Shown here: piece after piece, positions 41,369 through 53,469 of the stretch | Layout: each line of letters begins with the position of its first letter | How positions within the stretch are numbered: position 1 is the stretch's first letter | Made by a program: the position numbers and the translations under genes | Origin: Antedon mediterranea | Lineage: Eukaryota; Animalia; Echinodermata | Reading direction: 5' to 3' | Assembly (NCBI RefSeq): GCF_964355755.1 | Contig: NC_092672.1 | Coordinates: 6,820,001 to 6,884,000 of the forward strand | DNA: 64,000 nucleotides | Notes under the pieces: model-generated | Seen by the model: only the letters and a program-made list of their open reading frames with translations | Told to the model about the DNA's origin: nothing | Database searches by the model: none

Positions 41369-44205
41369 TTTCATGGTATTGTTCGATATAATTATATCAA
41401 ACGAGATCTCATTTGCTAAAAAAATATAATTTTGTATTGAATTTGAATATTTTAATATATCGATATTGAATTCAGTAATAACATATATATAAACGCTCGT
41501 TGAGTTTATTGTAATGTCTGAAATGACTGCCTTGCTACTATAAATTGTTTTGATGAATAAATCCATACCATTCTAAACCATCCCCTAACTGTTATTTCTT
41601 GTCTTTTTTCGTTCTAAAAATTACAATCAATTGCAATGGACGACTTTCATTAGCATTATTACAAAAAATCTTGAAAATGAAGATTAATTAAATCGGTCTT
41701 TGAATAGGTTATTTTGTAGTTTCAATAAAGTTAACCACTTCCGTATGGAAAAAAAAAACAGAAAAAAACAATGTTTTCACTAAAAATGACAAAAATTCAA
41801 CCAAAAATCTATTGGCTAGCAGCAAATTTGACTATTTGTGCTTTATTTTGATTGATTACAGGTTGAGTGGGTAAATAAATAGGTAGCTACTCTACTAACG
41901 TCTCTAATATTTTGACATGGATTTAGATGGCTACGGCTGCTACCAGCAATTAGCGATATTGAGGTTGTATAGTCTAGGTTCGAAACGGCGATTCGACTTT
42001 AACATTGGTAAAAGGATAAATATTGTTGGCACACATGGCGTGTCATATGTATTCTTGAGCTGGAACATCTGCAAGTTTCGGTTTCGTACAAAATATTAAA
42101 ACCGTGTAGATTCGCTAGGTGGCGCTCGTAAAGGAATACAAATATATAACAACGAGAGACAAAATAATACTTATTACGGAGTGAACTTAGATAAAATTAT
42201 AATCATAACCAAATATTACCTCTATAAATCAGAGAAAGCTGAGCATAATGTATCACAAATGAAATAAAAAGCTACCCCCTCCCCACTCCCAAAAAACAAT
42301 GGGAAACATCACTTACATAGCTAAAATCAAAGTTAGATAAAACAGATGTTTGTTTGTGAAATCCAATACTTATATGAATCGCATATAGGTACCGATAACA
42401 ATATTCCCAGTGGACCCTCAACTGATGATCTTTCCCGCATACTGAATAGACGCTAATGGGTATAGTCACTTAATTGGATATTTTGTAATTTCGATTTATA
42501 CTACTACAACAATATATTTAATGTAATGTATTATGTTGTAGACTTTATGACGCAGAGATTATGACTCAGAGATAAAAACACATTTCCCTCGTTTATTTCA
42601 CAGGAAAGTATTCCATTAATATGGGTGTCACAAAGGAAAGGCTCTCATCTCTTTAAATACACCAGTTTATTAAATTACAAGCTTATCTAAAATAAGCCTA
42701 ATTAAGGAAAGGTCTCTAGAAAACATGGTGAATGAATATTTCTGAAAAATTACAACATGAAAACGTCAGAAGGTTGACCCATTCAGTTACGTTTTCGTTT
42801 CTGGTAATTGTTAATAAATTCGCCATAAAATGTCAATCTTGTGTACGGAGAATAACCAATTAGAATTTATTGATTTAGGTTAGATTAAGGGGAAAGTCTA
42901 AAAGCAGCATGTGCCTTTTAAAGTCATCAACTATATTGCGATTATTTAGGAAGTTGGAAAATGGAAATGATACAGATGCAATACAAGAAACTTTATTTGC
43001 CTTCGTAAAAGAATTATCAGTTGTCAGCAAATTCGATTAAAAATATACATACATAAACAGACTAAAAAATATGTAAACGTATAAACAGTAACATTAACAA
43101 TCTTAAACAATTTTAAATCGTATTGTTACAAATACAATCTAGAGGCACTGGCTGGTTGATGACTTTTTGGCTGGCAAATTGTTCCAATACGTACATTGTT
43201 GTGGAATTGAAGAATCTCATTGGCTACACCTTCAAAATCTTTAACAATGTTAATATGTTGTTTCAATCAGGTCAGGTAGAAATTAAATTATTTAAATTAC
43301 ACATAGACACATTATATACGTAAGGACATTTAATTCTAATCGTACCAAATAAGAAAATGAAATACTGATTAAGAAAGCCATTAACAGGTTTCGTTATCAT
43401 TAAAATATTATAATAGCCCTATATTATTATTATAATGAAAAAAAAACAATGTTAAAATTGTTAGTAAAATTGAGTAGAAATACAAAAAGCATCTGGTAAT
43501 TCCATGCAGATAAACCAATATAATTATTATGATATATAGATCCAGAATCTTGTATATTAGCTGTTAAATTCAAGTGCAATTATTATTGTAAACATTTACA
43601 TTTAGTAGTAGATGTGGAAATTATGACGCAAATCTACAATGTTTAAGAAATTACTTATGAACTATAACTATTATTAGGTAGAAAAAATGCCATAGAAAGA
43701 AGTACCATGTTCAAATTGTTAATGAAACTGAGCATAATTATATATAACTAATAATTTTTGGTGATCCAGAATCTTGATTTGTTATTAATGTATGATTATT
43801 ATTAAGACAATGATATTTGATAATAGAGTATAAGTGCAAATTATGTCGCACGCCACAATATTTTAAAGAAACTATAATTTGAATTCTATTAATGCAGAAG
43901 GGAAACAAAACAATGTTAAAATTGTTAATGGAGTTTAGAATAGAATACCCTCAGTAATCTGTTTAGTGTATTGGAATGTGGCATTTTGTTTTTATTTATT
44001 CTTTGTTTTTGGCAGAATCATGTATATTAGCAGTTAAATTCAAGTGCAATTATTATTGGAACAATTTACATTTAGTGGAAATTATGACGCAAATCTACAA
44101 TGTTTAAGAAATGACTTGAACTATAACTATTATTACCATTTTGTTTTTACTTATTCTTTGTTTTTGGTATGGGTTGTGATCCCTGACCTGAGAACAAAAT
44201 TAAAA

Positions 44206-45018
44206 AACAAGGCCAACAGCCATTAAGTCGCGTGCTACAATACATAGTGATACCGGACCGACAGACAAACAGACCGACAGACAGACAGACCGACAGACAG
44301 ACGGACCGACCGACATAGTAAACTATACTGACCGAAATTACTGAACATGTTTAAAAATGTTGAAATGTTTAAAAACATTTATATTTTTTTAATTTACACG
44401 TGCGTAGCCTGTCACTTTTGACGTGCTCGTATAACGTAATTTCGAGTTGAAAAGTAAGTCAAGAAAACAGAAATCGGGCAAAAAGAGTGCGCAATAACAT
44501 TTAACGCGCAGTGCGCGCGCAAAAATCTGCGCACTCATGGCAATTTTGTAAACGCTTAAAATTGCCTAAAACGTACTCTTATTTCATCGAAAATAAATTT
44601 TAAAAATTTTAAGAGCGCGTACGCATGCGTTACATGCGCTACGCACGTAATTGTATTGCCATATGATGATTTATGCCCTGAAATTTATGAGTACCAAATT
44701 TTATTTAATTGTGATTCATGGTTGTTAAGATATGATTACAAACGTGATTTCGTTAAATCGTGCGTAGACCGCGTAATTTTTTATTGCGCACCGTGAAAAC
44801 ATAACCACAGCGATTCCTGGCCATAAGGAATATTCTGTGAAAAATTGACTTAGCTAGATTAAACTGATATCAAGATAAGGTCATAAAGCGATAAAACGCA
44901 TAGTGATACCGGACCGACAGACAGACAGACAGACCGACAGACAGACCGACAGACAGACAGACAGACAGACCGACCGACCGACATAGTGAACTATAGAGTC
45001 GCTTCCACGCGACTAAAA
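44206..45018. mobile_element. Helentron-associated (HINE/DINE-1-like) element
   Basis: Starts AACAAG, has subterminal inverted AGTCGCGTG / CACGCGACT, two (GACA/GACC)n microsatellite blocks and a terminal hairpin AGTCGC-TTCCAC-GCGACT followed by an A-run. A short remnant lies at ~22094-22125. Confidence 0.65.
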
Positions 45019-45105
45019 AACATTAGGCCTATTATTTTTATTATTATTATTATTGTAATACAGTAACGTTTAGTAGGAGGTTCATTAATAACCTACACCA
45101 ATGGC

Positions 45106-48100
45106 TTAATTTCCAGAAATTATGATTATGACTGTGATGGTTACTATGACAACAATAGTAAACAGAACGACAAATAGTAACCTGTCAACAAGTATTACAA
45201 CATTCCGCAAATTTTCTTTTTTGGACTTATTCAGTTCTTCTCTCTTATATTCATTTGAATACTTCCGCAATTCATTCAATATCAGTTTCAATTCTTCAGA
45301 CATGGAGTCCATTGTTGTATTACTGATATACCTTGCTCTTTCATCAAACTCTTTAATACTAGACCTACCACCACACATGCAATTAGCATGATCAGCCGAA
45401 TGAAAACAGGTTATGTTTTCATTTTCTTCGCCGGATTTCTTTCGCTGTAGGGAAATTCGCTCATCAGCATTTGTACTCGTTTTTCTGCCAATTGCTTTTC
45501 CAACTTTTCCAAAAAGTACATTTGCTAACCATTTCGGAATATCCCCAGGCTGGTTACAATTATAGATGTTGAGCAAAACCGCACTACAGACAATGCTAAT
45601 ACAACTCATACAAGTAAGCATTGTAAAGTATTCCTCTGAAATAGTGAGAAAAAAAAATCATAAACAGAATGGAATATAAGCCTTTTACATGACTAACATT
45701 TTACTGATTCTTACTCGGAATTTTGGTGGTTTTATACATGATTTTTCTAACAATAAAAAAATGTGTGAAACGCTTATTATGCTTATCTATTGTTAGTAAA
45801 CAGATATTTAATCGTCACCGTTGCCATCCAAGTTATTTCATTTGATGTATAATTAATAATACATTTATATATCACCAATAAATAAATAAACAATACTGTT
45901 TAATAAACATCCTTACGGAGTATCGGTGCACTGTCGGCAGACGGTGGTAGAGCATCAGCAATCATTTGTTGGAATAAAAGAATCGCCAACAGTGTACTGA
46001 CACCAAACGACATCTTCTCTCCACTTTCCGGTGGCAGCAAAAACACAAACATTGTCAAAATAGACAAGAGACAGCAAGGTAGAAGAATTATCTCAACAAA
46101 GAATCGCTCACGCCTCTGCAAAAACAGTGTATATATTACTCTGGGATAAACATCTGGACAACAATTATATTTCTCTTGTATGTACTGAACACTGACGTCA
46201 GTAAGATTCCACGCGCCATTTTGATTAAACTCCGTTTGTTTGCTTTCATGTCCAGTGTCCGGGATTAGGTCCTGTTGTCCACCATTATAAACCCAACCTC
46301 CAAATTCTAGAGCGCATTCCTGTTTGTCAAACGGGAAATGTCTCAAATGCATTTTGCAGAAGCTATTTAGTATAACTGGCGTAGCTAGATCCACCATTCC
46401 ATCATGCTTCACATTCAGATTAAGTGACTTCTTCGTTCGTTCAAATTCGTTGTCAACACTAAAAACAAAAATTGATTACAAACATAAAATACTCAAAATA
46501 GTATCATAACATGTTTCAATGATCCCAGATGCCTATTGTGCTTCAATGACATGGCTGACAGAAGACTATGGAATCAAACGTCTTTAAACTTTCAGAACAT
46601 TGTTTTAAATTGAGGTGCTGCAGACCATAATTATTATATCAACTGAAACAAATGTATTATTATACAAATAATGAATGTTTATGAGTGCAATGGTACAAAT
46701 AATGGCACGAGGTGAATGATGAAAGGTTATATCAACGAGGCAAAGCCGAGTTGATATAACCTTTCATCATTCACCAAGTGCCATTATTTGTACCATTACA
46801 CGAATACAAAACATTCATTATTTGTTTTATATAACATCTAGACGTTTTTTTTTCGTACACAAAAATTTTTCAAAAAGTACTATTTAACGATCGTTGAATA
46901 GTGCGTACTATTGCACGCCATGTGACCCACATTCGTCCAATCAAATGACAGGAATTTATATAGGTGTTATATAATAAGTATTATATAACACCTAAATAAA
47001 TTCCTATCAATTGATTGGTCGATTGTGGGTCATATGGCGTGCAATAGTACATACACACTATTCAATAGTACTTTTCTACGTGTACGACAAAAAATCCCTC
47101 TCCACGTTTTTTCATACTGTTGCTTCTCAAATAACATAGAATTAGCCTAGATGAGTTCCATTGCATGCCTCGTTGAAATATAACTTTTCATCATTCACCT
47201 CATGCCATTATCTGTACCAACACACTCTTAAACATTTATTATTTGTATACCATACAATGGACAAACAATAATCGATCGAGACAAGAAAACCATTACTATT
47301 AACTTTTTTTTTGTCTTGTGTGGGTTCGTCCCACTTTTATTATAGTTCTATAAATATAAATAATATATGTGTATATGCACATTTATATAATTCTCTTATT
47401 TATAAGGTACATTGTTAAAAAAATACATATCTTTTGAACAGTATATACATAAGACTAAGATTATTTTGATGTTAAGAAGTAACCACATTTACATTCATAT
47501 ACATTTTTAAAAATACAATTAATTAAAATATGTCGATGGCAGTAAACTGACGATAAAAATTGATTTAAAAAAAACGTACTTATGAAAAAGTTATTATTGT
47601 TGTTTTATTCTGTTCGTGTCCGTTATCTGGGTAGAGAGGCTATAAACTCAGGGGAAGAATATAAAGAATCTTCCCTTTTCACCAAGAAAGAAATGGATGA
47701 GATGAAAACGAAGAATGCAAAAGCTTGAAAAAAGGGTGTTTAGAATGGATAGGATGGAATGATATATATAATGAAAACCGTAAGGTTAGAGTCCATACAC
47801 AGTGCAAGTCCAAGGTAATATTTTGGCTCTGTGTGTATGTGAGTCGCTTCATACCCGGATGACATATCTTAAAACTAATATAGTTACTAGGCCTATATAC
47901 AATGTATTTAAGAGATAAAAATAGCATTTTTTTTTTATTTCATTAATTTAAGGAGATTTTGCTTTATATCTCCCCATTTACATTGAGCTTTAAAGTAGTA
48001 GCACTTATACTCACTTTCAATTAAATGCTTTACTTCAGTAATAAAAAGATTCCAGATCTTTTTTTCATAGTTGTTTCCTTTTTTTCAGGTTTTGTTAATA

Positions 48101-51100
48101 TATGCAACTTATATATAGAGAATACAAATAATGAAATCAATTCATTTAAAATTATGTTATTTGATCCAGTAATCATTGTAGTCCAAGTTATTGGGTCTTC
48201 GTTTGAAAAGCTCTTAGCTATGAAATTTTTAAATTTAAGCCATATCCATTGAATTACACTGCATTTATATAACATGTGTTTTTCAGTTTCAACCTTGTTT
48301 ATACATTTATCACATAAATCATTACCTGCTAAGTTCCAGATTTTCAATCGTTTTTTACATGGTAGTATTCTATGCAGAAGTTTAAAATTAAATTGAGCAA
48401 CTTTGGGTATATGTTTTAGTCTATAAACTTTATAGTACCAAACATTACTCCAATCAATGTCTACCTTACCTAGTTCAATTTCTCATTTTGTTTGTGAATT
48501 TGGTATTTTTGAACATCTATTAATAAAATGATTATAGAAGACGGTTCCTTTATTTTTCATATAAAGTCGTAGACTAGGAATACTATTGTCTTCCTTTTTT
48601 GTATTACCTTTTTCAATAATTTCTTTCCACTCTTTTGGTATGGCTTTTAACAATTGCATATATTCAATTAAGGCGTTATGCCGTTTATACAGTTTAGGAA
48701 ATATTTCACAAGGTGAAAGTACTCTATCATTCATGTAAATATCTCCGATTGTTTTAAACCCAGAAGATAACCGTACTTTAAAATACATAGATTTATTGTT
48801 CAATACGATATGTCTGTTTTCCCATAATTGTTGGCTCTTTATTTCCATGTTGGTTTTTGGTTTTACATGTATGATATTGTTTAATTTTACAACAGACTTC
48901 ATCATATTTCTATAAAATAAAGGCATACTGCCCAGGTTAGCATGCTCTTCTAAATTCAACTGCGTTATGTTAACTGTATATTCAATAGGTTGAAGGTAAA
49001 ACTTTGGAATGCATTTCCATTTACCTGGATCTGGGCTTAAGAGTCTCTTAACCCAGGTTAGTTTGAGAGATTCTATCACCGAAGTGAGATCTGGCATATT
49101 CAAACCACCTTCTTCCACATTTCTAATTAATGTTGTTCGTTTTATTTTTTCTTTTTTATTACCCCAAAGGAAGTCATATAACAGTTTTTCTATTTTTGTA
49201 ATTATTTCCTTAGGCACCTCAATAATACTAGCAGTATAGATAAACCTTGATATTGCTAGTGTTTTTATAATAGTAATTTTACCAAAAAAACTTAGGTTAC
49301 GTCTTTTCCATAAATTTAATACATTTTCTAAGTTGGTGATTTTTTTCTCCCAATTTCTGTATTCACATAGTTGTTTATCATAACCTACATGTATTCCTAG
49401 AAATTGTACTGGTTCACTGGACCATACAATATTGAATGGTTTTGACATATTATTTTTGTTTGAACCAATCCACATACCATTTGTCTTATTTTTATTTAGT
49501 GTTAATCCTGACACTCTACAGAATAGATCAATTTCATTGAAAAAATATTTTAGACTACTTTCATCTTGCGTAAAAATAACGGTATCGTCTGCAAGTTGAG
49601 CAATCTTTACAATGTTGTCATTTTCGTTATTGCTGTTTGGTAATGTAATTCCTTTACATTTAGGATTTTTTCTTATATTTGTGGCCATTAATTCTGTCAC
49701 CAAAATAAATAGTAGCGCTGATAATGGGCAGCCTTGCCTCACGCCGCACTCCATATTAAAGCTTTCTGAGAGCCATCCGTTATTTACTATAACACAATTT
49801 GTTTCTTTATAAATTACATTTATCCATTTGATAAAAGAATTACCAAAACCGAAATGACTTAAAGTCTTAAATAATAGGACTCTATCTAATGAGTCAAAGG
49901 CTTTTGCAAAATCTAGAAATACAATTGCACCTGGCATATTGTTTAAGCTTGTAAAGTCTAGTATGTCATTTACTAGTCTTACATTTTCTCCCCCAAACCT
50001 CTTTTTTACATATCCTTTTTGATCTTCATTTACTATAGATCCTATAACATTTTGTAATTTGGGCTAATATTTTATAATCGACATTAAGAAGAGTAATCGG
50101 TCTCCAGTTATCTAAGTTTTCTCTTTGTCCCTTTTTATATATTAGGTTTATTATACCTCTTTTTTGTGTTGTGGATAACTTTCCATTATTATAGTTATAG
50201 TTTAAAGAATCACATAGGATATGTTTTAAATGGTTCTAAAAAGTGCGATAAAATTCTACACTTAGGCCATCAATACCTGGACTTTTATTTAATTTCATTT
50301 TGAAAATCGTTTTTGTACATTCATCTACAGATAGAAGACCTTCACATTTTACTTTTTCTTCGTCAGATAACATTTTAAGATATGTATTGTTTAGGTATTT
50401 ATTCATTTTATCTGCAGGTATCTCTTTATTAGAATACAGGTTTTTGTAGAATATAACTTCTTCTTTCAAAATTTCTTCGTTATTCGAAGTATATTTACCA
50501 TTTCTTTTTAATACAGCGTTAATGTGTTTTCTTTTTGCTTTAGTTTTTTCTAATCCTAAAAAGAATTTATTATTCTTTTCACCTTTTTCGAACCATTCGA
50601 TTCTAGACCTTATTTTCGCACCATGTGCTTCTAGAAGGTAGATGTCATCTAACTGTTTAATTTTATCTCTTAATATTTTGTCTGTATTTTCAGAGTAGGA
50701 AACATTTAATTGACTAGTTAGTTCATCAATTACCATTACTATTAACTTTGTTATTCACATAGTCAGTCAGAAATTATCAATATAAAATGAGACAAAAAGT
50801 GACAATTTGTTTTTATGGGATTCCGCATTTGCATTTTATGTCCTCTTCAAATGATACTTTTAATCTTGCTTGCAATCTATTATCAAATCTATTTCTAATA
50901 TACAATACATTTAAAAGCAATTTAGTCGGAATTCAGAGCAATTTATTTTAGTATTGTGTATACCATGGAGAAATTACTTATTTCTATACCGTTGTAGTTG
51001 TAGTACTAGTAGGACTACAGTTGATGATTCATGTAAAGTTATGTTTTTGATATACAAAAAAATTCAAAATAATTTACTGTAACTAAAAAAATGAATTAAA

Positions 51101-53469
51101 AACTGAATAATTCAAATGGTAGAATTATAATAAATTATTGCAATAGAGATTCGATAGATTTAAATTAAATTATATTCCTATTACTCTCTTACTCTATTCT
51201 TATTTTATTAGCATTGGGCTTACTTGTTATACAAGGTTACGTCCGGGTTCCATAATGCTGACTGTTCCACGAAAATCTCGGTAATGTTGTTGTAATCATT
51301 CGGATCCCATACCATAAACTCGTCTTTCCAAAACTAAAAGAAATATATTTTTGTTTAAAGATGTATTGTCCCTCTGAAAAAATAATTCTTGAACATTTTT
51401 TATTAAATTATTCCATTTTAATGTCATTTTGTTGAATGTAACCGTTTATTTTTTTATTTTATAAGTGAAAATATAATTTTGTTGGAGTTCTTTTTCTATA
51501 GAAATTATTAAATAAAAATGTAAAAACTATAAAATGGCCTATTCAAAGTGTAATTTTATTAATCTTCATTTTTCATGTTTTTGGGGGATCGGACAATACA
51601 TCTTTAAAGATATTATCTCCTGATTTTGGTTGTTGAATATGTCATGTCATTCATATGTCACGTAATAGTTATTCATTTTGATCAAATGGTTATCTACCTG
51701 AAAAAACTGTAGCCTAATTTAAAAACAAAACGTAGTCAAAATGTCATAAAATGAGTTTTTGGTTAAATTTAACCGTTTATTTTGTATTTTTGAAAGTGAA
51801 ATCATTATTTGTATTTTATTTTATTTTTTTTATATCTGATAGTACCTGTATTGTTTGATTAAGTTAACTTACTCACCGCATTATACCATGCACTAACTGT
51901 AATATCTTGCCGTTTCTCGTTCTACAAAACACAACAGAGAAATATGAATGTTATTACCATTACCTATTATTATAATGCTATGTAAGCATCCATGAATGTA
52001 TTCAATTGTGCACGCACGCGTCGAGTTGTCGCCTTTTATTTTATCAGTATTGAGTGAAAGGAAAATTATATTTGAAGTTTTTTTTAAAAATGTTTATGCC
52101 ATACATATCATGACAAATCAATTAATATGTATTGTTTTTTTGTTATTCATAAATAACTTAATAACTCCCTTACCAGTTCAATTACTTGCAAAACAATTAA
52201 ACGGATCATAACTGTAACATTTTGTGTATTATCTTTGACTGGTCTCGCCGATGGTATTATATAGTTATCCAGCAAGTCTCGTATTAATTGCGACTCTGTA
52301 TTGTGAGCTAATAGTTCAACTGAAACAACAACCAACAAAGAGGAAGAAATGCATTGATGATGACAATGGCAATTGTGTTGAACTAATAAAAAATGGAAAT
52401 TTAAACAGATGATAACATCATCACATCCATTATATTAACACGTTATTTTTTCTATCCTTGTATGGTTGTATGTTTTACAGGTATTTCATGCTTGTTTATT
52501 TTATACTTTTTTTGGATTTATGTTTTCTTTTTTTTTAAAATATATAAATAATTGTTTGTGTATTTCCAAAGTAATTTGAATGGTTGTGTCGTGTCGATGA
52601 AGTATAAATAAGTTAAATTACCGATTTGTATGTTAAGTTTGTAATTTTGCTAAGAGATGCAAAAGATTAAGTATAGAGAGTGTGTGCACGGGAGAGAGTT
52701 GCCATGGGTAGTATAACAATTAGGGTTGATGTCGTAGAATGTGAATAAAATAACTTCTTTACAAAGAAAGATACGAATGAAAGAATGTAGTGAACAGAAT
52801 AGAAGTTGAATAGGCCTATGGGCTGAAATTGATGAATGGAAAGGAACATGATGAGAAAACAAATCATGATTGAATGAATGTATACTCAAGAAACATGCAA
52901 GGAATACAAACGAATTAACATAATTATTATGGACAAAAGGGTCTTTCACACCTGTTCCGGCACGGTTCCGGTCCGGCGAATCGAACATCAATGTTTCGTT
53001 TTCACGCGGCTATTCGCCAATCGATATGCGCGTAGCCGCGTGAAAACGAAACATTGACGTTCGATTGGATTTTCCGGCGCCGGACCGGAACCGTGCCGGG
53101 ACAGGTGTGAAAGACCCTTAAATGAATAGTTGTATGGAGTGAACAAATAGATATAAAAACAAAGAAATAACCTACTGAGGCTAGGATTTTAAAATTTAAA
53201 TAAAAAAAAAAGCAAAATAGAATGAATGAAAGTGTGAAGTATGATGTAAGCATAATAATAGATGCATTATTTAAATTCAATGGAACGAATGAAATAATAC
53301 TGTTACATTTTATAAGGGTGGTATGATGAATGAATGACTAAAATAAACCCATGAATGCAACAATCAATTGAAAATTGCATCATGGAAAATGAAATAATGA
53401 TGAAATTAAATTACATTTACCTGGATGAAGAAGCAAGATAAGAAGCGTCAATTGTTGGAATAGATTCAT
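45106..53469 (-). CDS. nAChR alpha-type subunit (alpha9/alpha10-like), gene 6, complete, ~473 aa
   Basis: Exons 53469-53421 (MNLFQQLTLLILLLHP), 52319-52174, 51921-51877 (NEKRQDITVSAWYNA), 51333-51224, 46458-45917 (CKMHLRHFPFDKQEC, FGGW, YNCCPDVY), 45635-45106. 1422 nt open frame; intron 4 is enlarged by a LINE and MITEs. Confidence 0.92.
46662..47249. mobile_element. Two inverted copies of a hairpin-containing MITE forming a nested palindrome
   Basis: Hairpin at ~46665-46825 (GGTGAATGATGAAAGGTTATATCAAC...GTTGATATAACCTTTCATCATTCACC), a second symmetry centre at ~46978 (TAGGTGTTATATAATA-AG-TATTATATAACACCTA), and complementary outer ends. Confidence 0.7.
47304..50731 (-). mobile_element. 5'-truncated Tx1/L1-clade non-LTR retrotransposon in intron 4 of gene 6
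   Basis: Broken ORF2 pieces at 50236-50736 (KSPGIDGLSVEFY), 48483-49937 (FLDFAKAFD, GVRQGCPLSALLF, QLADDT) and 48030-48347 (CDKC...H...C). AATAAA and a short poly(A) lie at ~47304-47342 on the minus strand. TSD ACCATTACTATTAAC(TTT) at 47289-47306 and 50732-50749. Confidence 0.93.
48483..49937 (-). pseudogene. Reverse transcriptase domain fragment of LINE ORF2 (disrupted)
   Basis: 484-aa ORF with non-LTR RT motifs, bounded by a disrupted frame upstream and a premature TGA downstream. Confidence 0.9.
51359..51603. mobile_element. Kolobok-like MITE copy (inverted), followed by a degenerate partial copy to ~51800
   Basis: TTAA-AGATGTATTGTCC...GGACAATACATCT-TTAA, with internal similarity to the 21599 element. 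Confidence 0.8.
52938..53118. mobile_element. Palindromic MITE (PIF/Harbinger-like) in intron 1 of gene 6
   Basis: AGGGTCTTTCACACCTGT...ACAGGTGTGAAAGACCCT; nearly the whole 180 bp is self-complementary. Confidence 0.8.

Larger units (their letters stand above)
38857..41613 (-). pseudogene. nAChR alpha-like pseudogene (gene 5)
   Basis: Retains exon 3 (41613-41569), exon 4 (40752-40643; TGG>TGA at 40669-40671), exon 5 (40098-39580; 5-bp frameshift deletion ~40045, loop-B TGG>TAG at 39938-39940, 18-bp in-frame deletion in M1 ~39713; 519 vs 542 nt) and an intact exon 6 (39380-38857). Exons 1-2 are absent: at ~41850 the sequence jumps from intron 2 to the upstream region homologous to ~23517. Confidence 0.93.
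17798..43430. repeat. Four-unit tandem segmental duplication carrying genes 2-5
   Basis: Exons, introns and spacers align across units. The recurrent junction ATCT(G/A)ATATCAAATC(A/T)GGAAAGA occurs at ~17798, ~24262, ~29981 and ~37606. Units are ~5.7-7.6 kb and differ by TE insertions and deletions; outer boundaries are approximate. Confidence 0.9.

Noticed and set aside
19130-41613. One gene with Dscam-like mutually exclusive exon cassettes
   Set aside because: Each intact unit has its own ATG/signal exon, full exon set and stop codon, so these are whole-gene duplicates.
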